64,000 bases of DNA from Scenedesmus sp. PABB004 (GCA_014905635.1 CM026547.1:744001-808000); one strand, 5' to 3'. Positions 12,008-26,100 are shown, counted from the stretch's first letter. The notes: generated from the sequence alone by a model not told the origin. Made by a program: numbers and translations.

Positions 12008-13137
12008 CGCGGGCGCGCCCGGCCGGCGCCGCCCGCGCGCGCGTGGCGGTCCCCGCGCGCCGGCGGCGGCGGCGCGCGCCCGCCCACCCCTGGTGGGCGC
12101 CTGGTGCCCAACAGCTGGTGCAGTTGCCAAGGAGTTTTGTGTGCGTCTGTTGGCCAACCATCAGGCACCAGCGCCTGTCTGTACAACAGCGTGTGCGAGC
12201 CGACCGACCGAGCACTGACTGACTGACTGACGGCGTGCGCGCGGGGGTTGCCCCTCGTGCCCTCTCCCTTGCTCGCGCGACAGCGCGCGAGACCACGGGC
12301 GCTGCCCCGGCTGCGCCGGGCCGCCTGGACAGCTTAGTCTAGACGCGCGGCGGCTTGGAGGCGACGGGCCTTGTTGCTGGCGGGCGCGGGCGGGCGGTGT
12401 CCGTGTGCGGTGTGGCGTGTGAATGCCTGTACCTGGTGCGTGTGCGTGTATCGGCGGCGCCGACTTGTTGATGATGCTACGGCCCCCCCCTACGTGTGCC
12501 ACTGTGCGGCTGTGTACCACCAATGTTAGGCAGGCACTTGGGGCGGCGCGGCACCCAGCTTAGCAGGATGGGCCGCGACAGGGGCGGCGGAGCGAGCGGG
12601 TGCGGCGGTTGTAGGGGGTCGGCGATTCGAGCCAGGGCGGCGAGCGCGCGCCCGGGCCACTAGCTGCGTGTGCCTCTCCGTGTACTACCACCAAGGCTTG
12701 AAGAGTTTTTGTGCGGCGGTGTGCTTGGGTTGTTCTGCGCGGCGCGCGGGCGTCGTGGGCACGGCGGCTGGTGGTGAACCGCCGGAGCCGTCACGTCACG
12801 CGCACCGCGCCTTCGATCACAGGCAGCACAGCCTGGTCCGGCCCGGCCAGACCGCAGCCCTTGCTCACCGGACACACCCGGCCGCGCGCCGCTGCTCGCT
12901 CGCGCAGCCGCGCCACGCCACAGAGAGAGCCGCCCGCCCGCTCCTCGTGCGCGCGTTCTCTTAAGACTGGGCAGTCTCTCCCGCTGACAGCGGGAGAAGG
13001 GGAGCAGCGGCACCGGGCGGCAGCAGCGGCGCTGCTGCCGGCGCTCACAGCGGAGCGGCGGCCCGGGAGCGGCGGCACCCCCTCCCCGCCTCCCCACCAC
13101 CTCCACCACCTCGTCCACCACCGCCGCCGCCCGCGCC

Positions 13138-13984
13138 ATGGCGGCGGCGGCGCCCGTCGCGGCGGCCGACCCCGCGCCGCGGCCGCCGAGCGAGGCCGAC
13201 CCCGCGGACGAGCTGTTTGAGGTCGTCGACGCCGACGGCATGCCGCTGCGCGTCGTGCGCCGCGCCGAGGTGCACGCGGCCGGCCTGCTGCACCGCGCCG
13301 TCTACGTCTGGCTCTTTGACCGCGCCGGGCGCCTGCTGCTGCAGCGCCGCGCGCCCGAGAAGAAGATCGGCGGCGGCCAGTGGGACCTCAGCGTCGCGGA
13401 GCACCTCGCCGTGGGTGCGGCGCGGCGGCGCCGCGCGCCGCGCGCTGCGCCCGCTGCCGCCGCCGGCTGCGGCCGACGCGCCGCCCCGCGCGCCCGCGCC
13501 GCGCCGGCAGGCGAGAGCTTCCGCGACGCCGCGGTGCGGGGGCTGGCGGAGGAGCTCGGCGTGCCCGGCGCCGCGGCGGCCGCGCTGCCGGCCGCGCCGC
13601 TGTGCCCCGCGCACCGGCGCAGCCTGCTGGTGCCGGGGCCGCCGCGGTACGAGGACAACGAGCTGGTCGTGAGCTACGCCCTGCGCGGCTTTGACGGCGA
13701 GGTGAGGGGCGCGAGGGAGGTCAAGGAAACCAGCGCGCGCGCCCGCGGCGGCGCGGCGTTCGGCAGCAGCGCCGCTGGCCGCCCGCGCCGAGCGCCGTCG
13801 CGGGGCCCTCCCCCGCGCGCAGGTGTCCGCCAACCCCGCGGAGGTGGCCGAGGTGCGCTGGGTGTCGCCGGCGGCGCTCGTGGACGAGATCGCCGCGGCG
13901 CCGGACGCGTTCACGCAGTGGTGCCGCGAGGAGCTCGAGCTGCTCTGCCAGATCGGCAGCTTCGGCGACCCCGGCCTGAACTGA
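13138..13984 (+). CDS. Nudix hydrolase of the IPP-isomerase-like fold (3 exons)
   Basis: ELFEVVD...VHAAGLLHRAVYVWLFD..GRLLLQRRAPEKKI..GQWDLSVAEHL|GESFRDAAVRGLAEELG...DNELV...NPAEVAEVRWV...FTQW; stop 13982-13984. Confidence 0.8.
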
Positions 13985-14129
13985 ACGCGGGTGGACTGTG
14001 CGGCCGGCCGCGCGCTGAGCCCCGACGCGTCATTGCGCGGTGCTGGCGGCGGGTCGGCCGAGGCGCGGCGGGGGCGTTGACCTGGTCTCCGCACGCGTGG
14101 CAACTCATCACGCGACCGCTGCCAATAAC

Positions 14130-17100
14130 TCACACCCACGGCCGCCAGCCCTCCCAGCAGCGCGCCAGGATGCGCTCATCTGTCGCAAGCTCCAGCAGCA
14201 CGCCCGCGACGGCCTCGGCGCCGCCCGGCAGCAGGCCGTGCAGCGGCAGCCCGCGCCGCACGTACGCCGCCGCGGCGCCGGCCGCGCCCCCGCCCGCCGC
14301 GGCGCCGGGCGCCGGCGCGCCCGCGAGCGCGGCCGCCATGCCCGCCCAGGCCGCCTGCCCCGCCGCGTCGCGCGCGGTGCCGTGCTTGGCGGCCGCCTCG
14401 GCGGTAATGACGCCCGCGGGGTTGTGCCCCGCGATGCGGCGCAGCACCTGGCCGACCTTCACGTCGGCCACGCCCAGCGCGCGCGCCTCGCCGCCGGCGT
14501 CGCCGCCGCCCGGCGCCGGCGCGGGGAGCTGCGCCGCCGCGGCCGCGAGCTGGCCGAGCATCGCGCCCTCCTTCTGCCACTCTGCGATCGGCTCGCTGAG
14601 GAAGACCTGCAGAATGGACGCCAGCACCTGCTGGCTCTGCATCGCGGCGTCGACCCACGCCACGACCGCCGGCGCGAGCAGGCCGCACGCGTCGTGCGGC
14701 TGCAGCACGCCGCGCAGCTGCCGCGTGAGCCGGAACGGCGGCAGCTCCGGCACGGGCAGCGCCTGCGGCGCGGCGCGGCGCGGCGCGGCGCGCTCAGCGG
14801 GGCGCGCCCAGCGGCGCGCGCCCAGCGGCGCCGGGGCGCCCGCCGCGCTGGGGTGCTGGCCGCGGCGCCCGGCCCCCCATCTCGCAGCGCCGGCCGCGCG
14901 GCCGCGGGAGCCGGCGGGGCCCCGCGCCGCACCAGCACGGCGGTGCCAAAGGCGTAGCCAAAGTCGATCGGCACCACCGACCCGCTGCCCTCGGCGAGCA
15001 GCAGGTTGCCGAGGTGCCTGTCGCCGAGGCCCACCAGGTACCCAGCCGCGCTGCTGGCGGCCAGGCTGGCCGCAAACGCGGAGCGCACGCGCAGCCAGGC
15101 CTCGGCGTGGAGCGCGCGGCGGCGCAGCGCGTGGCGCAGCGCGTCCCACGGCAGCTGGGCCTGTTATTGCTCGGCGGCGGCGGCGGCGGCGGCGGCGGCT
15201 GAGCGCGGGGGCGCGCGCGTGCAGGCGCGGCCGCGGCGCGGCGCCCACCTCGGCGCGGCGCAGCCCCGCCACCACGCGGTCGTCGGGCGCCGCCCACGCG
15301 GCGCGGTAGGCCTTGGCGACGTCGCCCCGGCCGTGCGGCCGGGGATCGCCTGCAGGCGGGCGATTGCCGCGCGCGCTCGCTCGGCGGCGCGCGTGCAGCT
15401 GGAGCACGCGCGAGGCCCGGCGCCTGCGCGCGCACACACACCTGCTGGAACAGCTCCGCCGCGCGCTCCATCGCGCCCGGCTCCAGCGCGCGGCCGATCA
15501 CGTCGACCATGGGCGTCGTGCCCTGCCGCGGCGGCGCGGCGGCGGCGGCGGCGGCGGCGGTGGAGCGGCCCGCGCTGGGTGCCGGGTCGCGCGGCGGCGG
15601 CACTTCCGCAGCGGCACTGGCGGCGCGGCGGACCTCCACAAAGCCGAGCAGCCCCAGGTGCGGCGAGCAGGGGACGGCGTCGTATGTCACGAGCGCGTCG
15701 CCGAGGCGCCGCGCCGCGCACGCGGCGTGCTCGGCGGCGAGGCGCGCCATGACCACAAAGAGCTGCTCGATGCGCTGCGGGGCAGCGGCGGGGCGGCGGC
15801 AGCAACGCAGCGTTGAGCCGGGGCGGGGGCGGCGCGCGTGGCGGCGGCGCGCGCGGCGGCGACGTGCGCGGCGGCGGCGACGTGCGCGGCGGCGCGGACC
15901 TCGTCGAGTCGCGCGTCCTCGCCGCCCTTGACCACAAACTTGTGCGTCCTGGCGGGTGCGGCGGGGCGGGCGCGGCGGGGCGGGCGCGGCGGGGCGGGTG
16001 AGGCGCGGCGTCAAGGGCAGGGAGGCCGGCGTGGAGGCGCCCGGCGGCACCTGAAGTCGCTGCTGTGCACGGCGAGGAGCTTGGGGCGCTGCTTGGAGTT
16101 GAAGATGTGGCAGCTCGTGCCAAAGTCGTGCACCGCGACGGGGCCCTGCGAGTCGGCCGCCAGCAGCGCAGCGCCGGCGGCCGCGCCGCCGCCGGCGCGC
16201 TCGGCGGCGCGGCCGCGGCGAGCTCAAGCGCAAACGCGTCGGCGTTGCTGACCGCCAGCATCCTCGGCAGCAGCAGCGGCGTCCGCGTGGCGGCGCCTGC
16301 GGAGCGGGGGGGGGGGGGGCACGCACGTGGGCGCAGGCCTTCCCGCCGGCGGGCCGGCGCTGCGGCGCGGCCGCGCAGTTGACTGCGCACACCCTGGCGC
16401 TCGGCGAAGCGCCCGAACCAGCCCGACAGCCGCTCGAGCGCGATGTGGCCGAGCGCCTGGTAGCTTGGCTTGTCGGCCTCGGCCCTGAACGCAAGCCAGG
16501 CGTCACGGAAGGTCGCGAGCCGCAGGTGCTCGCCGCGCGGGCCCAGCCGGGCCGCGAGCGGCGCGCCGACCGCCTCGGCAAAGGCCTGGTTGATCGTGGA
16601 CGCGCGATGCGGGCCGCGGCCGCGCCGCGCGGGCGCCGCGCCCTCCTGGCGGCGGGCGGACGCGCAAGCGGGCGGGCGGGAGTGTTGGCCCCGCGCCGGC
16701 CGGGCGCGGCCGCCGGCCCGCGCCGCGCGCGTGCGTGTGCGCGTGCGGTCTCGCACGGACCTGCAGGAAGCGGGTGACGACGTCGGGGTGGATGGCCTCG
16801 ACCCACAGCCGCCGCAGCTCGCCCTCGTCCTGCGCCGCCCAGGCCGCCGCGACGGCGCCGCTCCACGCGTCGAGGCGCTGCTTGGGCAGCGTGAGCTCGT
16901 CGAGCGCGGCCACCAGGTCGGGCAGCTCCCCGAGCGCGGGGCCGCGCAGCAGGGCCTCAAGCTGCGCCGCGCGCGCGAGCGCGGCCGCCGCAGCCGCGGC
17001 CGCGGCGGGGTCGGGCGCGGCCGCGTGGCGCTGCCAGTGCTCGCGGCTCATGGTAAATGGGAGGTACAGGCGCTGAGGGAACCTGGCCAGGTTGTGGGGG

Positions 17101-20100
17101 GGTTGTGGCGGGGCGACACGCACGGTCAGGCGCGCCGAGCACGCGGTGTGCGGGCGGGAAACAAGTCCACGCGCTCGCGCACACGCGCGCGCGCGCGCGC
17201 GCGTGCCGCCGCCGCTGCGCCCACCTGGCTGCGAGCGCCTCGAGCGGCGCGCGCAGCGCCTCGCCCGCGTCGCCGTCGCCGAGCCGGATGAGCAGCTGCG
17301 AGGCCCACGGCAGAAGCACGTGCAGCGGCACCGCCTGCCACCCCGCGGCAAACGCGGCCGCGGCGGCCGCGCCGCCGCCGCCGCCGCCCGGGCGCGCGGC
17401 GAGCGCCGCCAGGACGGTGGGGACGTGCAGGCGCGCCGCGCCGCTGTGGGGGCCGCCCGCCGCCATGGCTGCCAGCAGGTGCCGGACCGCCAGCGCGGCG
17501 AGGCCGCCCGCGGCGCTGACGACGCCGGCCGCGTCGCCCGGCAGCGCGCCCGCGCCCGCCCCCGGATCCGCGTGCTGCTGCTGGTGCAGGTGGCTGCACA
17601 GGAGGCCAAACTCGAGCTGCACCGACCCGGCGCTGCCCGCCGCCGCGGACGCCGCGCCCTGCGGCGGCGGCGCCTCCGCGTCCGCGGCCGCCTGCAGCGC
17701 CAGCGCAGCGTGGTAGTCCTGCACCGCGGTCGCGTAGTGCTGCCGCACGACGGCCGCCGCGGCCGCGGCGGCGCCCTCCGCACCGGACGCGGCTGCCGCC
17801 GCGCCGCCGGCGGACGGCGCGTGCCGCGCGATCGCGGCCGCCGCGCCGGCCTCGGCCACGAGCGCGCGCGCGCCCAGCGCTGCGGCCTGGCCTGGTGCCA
17901 GCGCGTGCGCCGGCGCGGCGGCCTGCTGCCGCGCCGTCGCAGCGAGGGGCGCGAGGGCCTGGAGGTAGTGCTGCAGCAGCGGCAGGCTGCTGGGGTCGGT
18001 GGGGCAGGCCGCGAGCTGCGCCAGCCCCAGGCGCACACCGGCCAGCACGCCGCGCGTCTCGAGCGCCGCGAGCTGCGCGGGCGGCACGAGCGCCGCCACG
18101 CGCAGGCGGCCGAGGTCGGCGGCGGACGTCGCCAGGAGCGCCTTGGCGGCGTCGAGGCAGCCCGCCGCGACGAGTCGCCCCGCGGCGAGCAGCTGCAGCT
18201 CCGCCAGGCCGCCCTCCGCCGACGCCGCGAGTCGGCGGCGCAGCCCCCCGTCGAGGCCGCCCTGCAGCTGCAGCGTCGCGAGCAGCTGCCGGCGCAGGCC
18301 CAGCACAAGCAGCAGCGGCGCAGCAGCCGCGTTGGCGGTCGACGGCCAGCGCCGGCGCCAGCGCGGCAGCAGCACGCCGCTCAGCGCCTCGGCCGCGCCA
18401 CGCCACGCGCCCGGCAGCGCGGGCGTGAGCTGCGCGGCGCCGAGCGCGCCAGCCGCGGCCGCAACGCTGCCGCCGGGCGTGCCAGCGGCCGCGGCCCCGC
18501 CCATCGCGACAGCAGCGTCGCGCAGCGCGGCCCTGAGCAGGGCCGTGAGCTCGTCCAGCTCCGCCGCCGGCTGCAGCACGCCCGCCGCCGCCTGCAGCGC
18601 GCTGAGCGAGGAGCCGCCGCTGGACGACCAGCGCGCGCAGAAGAGCCTGGGCGCGACGCGTTCCGAGGCACGAGGGCAGCGCAGCGGGTGAGCGGGCGGG
18701 CAGGCGAGCGGGTCACGGCGCCGTGTGCCGCCGCGCGCTCCACACCTGAGCGCCTCGCTGAGGGCGGAGCGGCACGCCTCGACAGCGTCAGGCCGCTGCA
18801 GCAGCTGGCACAGCGCGAGCTCGACGCCTGCGGGAGCGGCGGCGGGGCGCGCGCGGGCCGCGCTCGGCCGCCCCGCCCCGCCCCCGCGGCGCCCGGCGGC
18901 GCGCAGCGCGCGCGGCGCGGCGCGCGGCGCGGCGCACCCGCGACCTCCTGCAGCTGCTGCAGCCACGCGCCCTGCTCACGCGCCGCCTGGAGCAGCCCGC
19001 CGGCGCCGAGCAGCGCGGTGTGGCCCGACGGCCCCACCAGCAGACAGGACTGGACGTACGGGACCAGGTAGTCGCGAATCTGCGGCAGCGCCGGCGGGCG
19101 CGGTCGGCGGGCGGACGGCGGGCGGACGGCGGTGGCGCGCGCCGCGGTGCAGGCCCGGCGCGGCGCCGCGGTGCAGGCACGGCGCGCCGCCGCGCCTCCT
19201 TGTTAGGGGAGCTGAACAGGCGCGCCAGGTCGGGCGCCGCCGGCTCGGCGCCCCCCTCAGCGTCGTCGGGCGTGACGTCTGCCTGGACCTGCTCCTGGAT
19301 GACCTCCCACTGCCCGAGCTGCTGCAAGCAGGTCAGCCGCTCGGTAAACGCGAGCTCCTCCTCGCAGTGGCTCGGCACGCCGCCGGCGCCGAGCAGCGCC
19401 GCCGCGCCGCCCTGCGGCGCCGGCGGGCCCGCGCCGCCGCCGCCGGCGGCGGCGTGCTGCTTCGCCGCCTCGTGCAGGCGGGTGCTCTCCTCAATGACGG
19501 AGTCCAGCAGGTCCAGCGCCGCCTGGTGCCGCCCCGCCGCGACCAGCCCCAGCGCGTGCCGCATGCCTGCAGCCGGGCGGCGCGCGCGGCGCGCGTGTCG
19601 CGGGCGCGGGGCCGGCGGCGGGCCGGCCTGCACGGGCCGCCCGCGACTCGGCGCTGCCCGCCGGCGGCGCCGCGGCGCGCACCTGGCGACTTGACAAGGT
19701 GCCGCAGCCGCACGAGCCCCAGGAGGTCGGGCTCAGCCAGCGCGCCGTACAGCTCGGCCAGCGCACGCCAGCAGGCGGGCGGGTCGGGCTGGCGCAGCGC
19801 GCCGCCGGCCGCGGCGCCCGGCTCGGCACCCGTGACGAGCACCGGCGCGAGCGGGAATCCCTGGTCAGGCCGCCGGCCGCCGGTGGCCGCTGACTCGGCG
19901 ACCGCGCCCTGGCCGGAGGGGTCTGCGGCAGTGACGCGGCGCGAGCAGCGGCGGCGGCGGCGGCGCGCGTGAGCGCGGGCCGGGCGCGGCGGCCCGCACA
20001 CCCTCGCGGCGCACGTGCTGCGGTGGCGCCCACCGGCGTAAAGCATCTGCTCCTCAACCTGCGCCGCCGCCGCGCCGAGGCCGCCCGACGCCTCCGCGGC

Positions 20101-23100
20101 GGCGAGCAGCAGCCGCGGCTCGAGCCACAGCGAGCGGTCGGCGGCCGCGAGCTGCTGCAACGCGTCCACCAGCGGCGGCGCGTGCGGCGCGGCGGCAAAG
20201 GATGCCGCGAGCGCCTCGCGCACCGAGCACAGGTCGTCCCTGAGCGCGCGGCGGGCACGCGCGTCGAGCGCCGCGCCGCGTCCAGCCTCCGCCGCCGCAG
20301 CGAGCATGCTGCCGTGCAGCGCGGCGAGCAGGCACGCCGCGATGGCCGGCCGCGCGCCCGCGAGCGCCGCGAGCGGGCCCCACAAGCTCTTGGGCGTGAC
20401 CGCCTGCACGTCAGGCAGCTCGCCGTTGCGGTAGTCCCTGGCGCCGGGCGGCGGCGGCGGCGGCATGGGAAAGGCGCGGTGGCGTGGGTGGGGCGCGGCG
20501 CGCGGCGGCGCGTGGGGCGGCGCGCGGCTTACACGGCGCACGGCCCGGCGGCGGCGCGCCGCGGGCGCCGGCGCGGGCGCACCTGATGAGCTTGACGTGC
20601 GCAGCGCGCGCGCGGGCTGCCGCCTCGGCGCGCTGCTGCCGGCGCAGCTCGCCCTTGCGGAAGTCCTGGCCCTGCGCGCGGCTGGCCTTGATGGGGCGCC
20701 GGGAGAGGTCGAGCACGCGCAGGCTGCCGGCGCCGCCGGCCGGCACGGCGGCGCCCCCGCCCAGCGCCGCGCCGGCGCCGGCAACGACGACCCGCACGGC
20801 GCCGCCCCGCTGCGCGGGGCCGCGCGCCAGGCCGGCAGCTGCTTGCGTGAGCGACAGCGTCTGGCTGGCCGGGCCGCCGCCCAGCCTGACCAGCGTCGGG
20901 CTGAGCGACGCACGACCCGCGAGCTGCGCCGTGCTCAGGAGCACCTGCGACAGGCTGGCGCCGCCCTCGCCGCCACCGTCGCCGCCGCCGAGCGCGCCGG
21001 CGCCGGCGCCGTCGCCCAGCTGGGTGAGCACGGCGAGCGAGGCGGCGCCGGAGGCAAAGGTCCCGCCCGCCTGCGTCTGGATTGGGTAGTCAACGAACGC
21101 GCAGCTCGACAGTGGCGCACTGAAGAGGCTGCCCGTCCAGGCGCTGCCCGCCTCGCGCGGCAGCGCCAGCAGCAGCCCCGCGGCCGCCGCGGGCCAGCGC
21201 GCCTCGGCGCCGCGCGCCGCGGCCTCAGCACCGCCCGGGTCGAGCCCCGCCTCGGCCCACGCCTCGCCGAGGCGCCGGCGCATCGCTGCAAGCTGGCGCA
21301 GCAGCGCTGCGAGGCGCTGCGCGGGGGCGCGCGGCAGCAGCGTGGTGTGGGGCGTGCCCGGGCAGAGCTGCGCGAGCTTGGCCAGCTCCTCCTCCGCCGC
21401 CGGCTGCGCGGGGCCGCTCAAGGCGTTTGCCGCGTCCACGGCGCCCGTGCTGTGCCAGAAGCCCGCCGCCGCCGCGCGCAGCGACGGCGCGCGGTCGCAC
21501 GCCAGCACGAGCAGCGCCGCCTCGAGCCGCTGCTGCGCGGCGCTGAGCTGCTCGGCGAGCGCGCCGACGTCGCCGCCGCCGCTCGCAAGCCGCAGCGCGA
21601 GCGCGTCCACGCGCCGCCACGCCGCCACGAGCAGCGCCAGCAGCGCGCCGCGCACCTCCGGCTTGCCGTGACACAGCAGCGCCGGCAGCTGCGCCAGCAC
21701 GAACCGCGCCCCCGCCAGCGGGGCCATGGCCGGCAGCAGCTGCCCCGCGAGCTGCAGCCCTGCCAGCTGCATGCCCGTGCTGCCAGCGCACGGCAGCGTG
21801 CCCGGCGCGAGGCGGGCCAGCGCGTCGTCCTCCAGCAGCTCGGCCGCAGCCGCGGGCGAGGCGGCACACCTGCGCGGCGCGCGGGCACCGGCGCGGCGGC
21901 GGCGACGGCGGCGGCAGGCAAGGCGTGAGGCGCACGGGGCGGCGCGGCGCGAGGCGGCGTGCGCGTCCCCCGCGCGCGCGGCGCACCGCTGCCGCAGGAG
22001 CATGAGCGCCACGCTGCGCAGCGCGGGGCCCAGCCCCCGCTCCGGCCGCAGCAGCGCCTGGACCAGCCACGCCACGAGGTTGGCGCCGCGCACGCCGCCG
22101 CCCGACCACAGCAGCGCCTCTGCCGCGCCGCGCGCCTGCTCGCGCGCCGAGCGCGCGCCGGCGGGCGGCGCCGGCGCGGCGCCGTCTGCCGGCCGTGCCA
22201 CGGCGCCCGCCGCGCCCTCCAGAAGGCGGACGAGGTTGGCGTGCTTCCCGGTGCTGAACATGCGGCGCATGCTGTCAGCCAGCTCCACGGCGACCTGCGG
22301 GGGCGGCGCGGCGCGGGCGCTGGTCGCCGCCGGCGCGGCCGCTCGCGGCGCCGCGCTCCGGGGGGCGCCACCGCCGCTGCGGCGCCACGCACCACGCCGC
22401 TGCGGACTTGCAGCTCCACCACGCCCGCCACGGGTGGCCCGCCCGCCGCGGTGACGGCCTCGGCCGCGGCCTGCCGCTGCTCAACGCGCAGCAGGCCCAG
22501 CAGCAGCAGCCCCGCCGTGTGGCCGAGCCGGACCGCGCGCGTGGGGGTGAGGGCGCGGTCTTTGATGTGGCCCAGCAGCACCGACCACAGCGCGGCTGCG
22601 GGCGCACGCGGCGGCGGGGCGAGCGTGGGAGCGCGCTCGTGAGCCGCGCCGCCGGGCCGCAAGCGAACGGCAGAGCCGCGCCGCCCGCCGCCGCGCACCT
22701 GCCGCGCGGCCCCTGCGCATGAGCTCCGGCGCGTGGCCGCGGGACAGCGCGAGCCCGAACAGCTGCAGACCGTACGAGAGCCGCGACGCAGCCCCGGCGC
22801 CGGTGGCGGCGCGGCCGCGGCCGCGGCCGCCGGGGCTGGCCACCTGCGCGGCCGGGCCCGCGTCGGCGAGGTGGCGCGCGACGTCGTCGCCGGTGAGCGC
22901 CACCCGGCTGCCCCAGCGCTGCATCAGCGCGTCGATGAACCGCAAGCTGGCTGCGCTGCCGGAGCTGTCTGACGCGTCAAAGCCCACCGCGGCGAGGTGG
23001 CGCAGCAGCGCGCCAGCGGGCGCCGACACGCACGCGCCGTGCGCGAGCGGGCCGTCGTCTGCCGCACGCGGCGGCGGCGGCGGCGGCGGGCGGCGGCGGC

Positions 23101-26100
23101 GGCGCGGGGCGGTCGGGCGCGCGCGGCGGCGGGCGGCGGCGACGCCCGCGCGGCTGGCGCGCGTGCTGCCATTTGGTCGCACCTGACGTGCGCTCAAACA
23201 GCCTCGGCCACATGACCGACACGAGCACCAGATCACGCAGCACGTAGCTGAACCGCCCGGGCGCGACGCCGCCGCCCGCGCCCCCGCGCTGGCCCGGTTG
23301 CTGCTGCTGCTGCTGCTGCTGCCCCGGCTCGGCCGCGCCCGGGGGCAGCAGCGCCGCGACGAGGCTGGGGAACAGCAGCTCGCCGTGCGCGGCGAACAGC
23401 GTGTCGCTGACGTAGACATCCTCCGGCCGCGCCTCGGCTCCGGCCGCACCAGCGCGCGCCGGACCTGCGCCCGCCGGGTCTGCGCCGGCCTCCGCGCCCT
23501 GGCCGCCGGCTTGGTCGCCGCCGCCCTCGCCGCCGCCGGCGCCGGCGGGGGTGCCGGCCGCCGCGCCGTCGACGTCCATGGGCTGCGCGGCCGCCCCGCG
23601 GGCGTCGGCGGCGGCCCCGCGGGCGCGCCCGCGGGCGCGTCCCCGCGCGCGCCGCCGCGGACCGCGGATGCGACCGCGCGCGCCACCCTCGCCTCGCGCG
23701 CCCTGACCTCCACATGCAGCACCGCCTTGGCAAGAAAGACGCGCACCGCGCGCGGCGCGGCCGTGTCGCCCAGCGCCTGCGCCAGCAGCGCCATCCAGCG
23801 CGGCATGCCGCCCTGCGACGCGGAGTGCCGCGGCGGCGCCCCGGTCGAGGCGGCGGCGCGCTGCACGCTGCGCGCTGCGCGGCTGGACTCCTCCGCGCCA
23901 TGGCCCGCACCGGCACGTCCGAGGGTAGCGCCAGGGCGCGCTCAATGAGCCGGACCAGCGGCAGCATCGTCGGGTGGGCATCGTAGGCATCGTCAATTGG
24001 CAGGTCCTGTCGCTCCCTGTGGCGGAGCGCCGGCGGGGCGGCAAGCGAGGCTGGGCGGAGGCTCGCACGGCGCGGTCGCCGAGGCGGCGCCGGCGGCGGC
24101 GCACCTCATGGCCAGGCCGACGGCCTCCTCCGGGCTCAGCGCCAGCAGCCCCGCCGCGGCGAGCTGCTCGTGCACCGCCGCCAGCGCTGCGGGGCTCGCG
24201 TCCGCGCCCTGCACCGCCAGAGCCAGCGCGTCGTGGTAAAGCGCGGTGGCCGCCTGCGAGGCGCCCCGACTGGGCACCGGGCCGCCAGGCCCGCCGTCGG
24301 CGCCGGCCTGCGGCGTCGCGGCGACGGCCGCCGCCTGGCTGGCCGCCAACAGGCCCTGCGCCTGGCTGGCGACCAGCTGCGACGCGTCGCCGAGGCTGGC
24401 CGCCAGCGCCTGGCTCGTCAGCTGCATCACGCCGTCAGCCGACATGGTGAACAGCTGGCTCCCGCCGCCGCGCGCGCCGCCGCGCTGCGCGCCGGCCGCG
24501 GCGAGCGCCTGCAACTCGCGCTGCCGCCGCCGCGACTGCTGCTCGCTGCCGCCGGGCCCGCGCGCCGCGCCGGCGGCGCCGAGCGTGCCGAAGCTCACAC
24601 GCGACAGGGCGCCGACGTCGAGCAGGTGTCCCCACATCTGCGCTGGGCTTTGCCTGGGGCGGCCGGCGGCGGCGGCGGCGGCAGCGTGCGTGCGGCGTCG
24701 GGCGCGAGGGCGCGCGTGCGGCACGGCGTCAGCGGCGGCGGGCGGCGCGCTCACGTCTTGGCGCCCGTGAACGCGGGCGCAAACAGCTGCGCCTGAGATT
24801 GCGTGCAGCGCAGCAGGCTCGCGGCGGCCGCGTACGCCGCGCAGCGCACGCAGCGCGCGAGCGGCTCGTTGGCAAGCGCCGCGGCACCGAGCTTGCGCGC
24901 GTCGGCGGTCGCCTGCTTCACCACCGCGCCGTGCTTGCCGGGCAGGCCCGCGACCACGCCCTCCAGCGCGGCGCGGTCCAGCTGGTCGTACATCGACGCA
25001 AGCAGGCGGTACGCCGCCCAGCGGCAGCCGAGGAGCCACGCCTCCTCATGCTCGCCAGCCACCGGCGCCGCCGGCGCCGCCGCGGCGCCGTGCTGCGCGA
25101 GCGCGAGCAGGCCGGCCACGTGGTTGCGAAACCACGCGGCGCGCTGCTGCGGGTGCGGCGCGAGCTCGAGCGCCGGCAGCAGCAGGTGCTGCAGCACCGC
25201 GAGGCGCAGGCCGAGCGAGTGGCCAGCGGCGTCGTCAAACACGTGGCGCCAGCAGTCATCCAGCAGCGCCTGCGCCGCCGCTGGGATGGCCGCCGGGTCG
25301 CCCTGTGCGCTGCCCGGCGGCGGGCCGCCGCCGCCGCCGGGCGAGGCCGGCGCCGGGCTGTCCGGCCGCGCGGCCTGCACAAGCCGCGGCCGCTTGGCGG
25401 CGGGGCTGGCGGGCGGCGCGCGCGCGTCGCCCTGTGTGGCCGGCGCCGGCGCGCGCCACACCGCCGCCGCCACGACCGCGAGGCGCAGCTCCAGGGCTTC
25501 CTGGAAGGGGTGCGGCGGCTCGCCTGCGGGCGGGCGGCGCGGGCGGGCGGCCGCGGCGCGCGTGGGCGCCCCGGGCGCGCGGCGCGGGCCGGGCGCCGCG
25601 GCGCGGCCGGGCGTCGGGGTGCGGGGCGCACCTCCCGCGCCCGGCTCGAGGCGGCCGCCCATCTTCTGGAGCTCTGGCAGCAGCACGTCGATCAGCAGGA
25701 GCAGCACCGCCGTCGAGGCGCCCGCGCCTGCCTCCGTGCCGCCGGCGGGTGCCGACTTGGCCAGCGCGACGGCCGCGCCCGCCAGGCCGAGCAGCTGATC
25801 CCGGTACGCCACGCCCGCCGGCGAGCGCCTGCGGCGGGGCGCGCGGGCGGCGGCGGGTCGGCGGCGCCCGCGCCCGCGCCCGCGGCGAGGGCGGCGGCGC
25901 CCGCCCAGCGGCCCCGCGCCGCGACGCACTTTGAGATGCGCGTCGTCACGCCCCAGCCGGACACCACATCGTCGAGCGTGCATCGGAGTCCCGCCAGCGC
26001 GTCCGCGACCGCCCCCGCCTGCTGCGCCTGCGCCGCCAGGCCCAGCAGCACCGGGCCCAGCGCGCCGACCGCCTGTGTGACCAGGACCTGCGACTGCACG

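Noticed and set aside
12460..12560. TGATGA box-C-like motif in the yippee-Nudix gap
   Set aside because: No box D at a suitable distance and no terminal stem.
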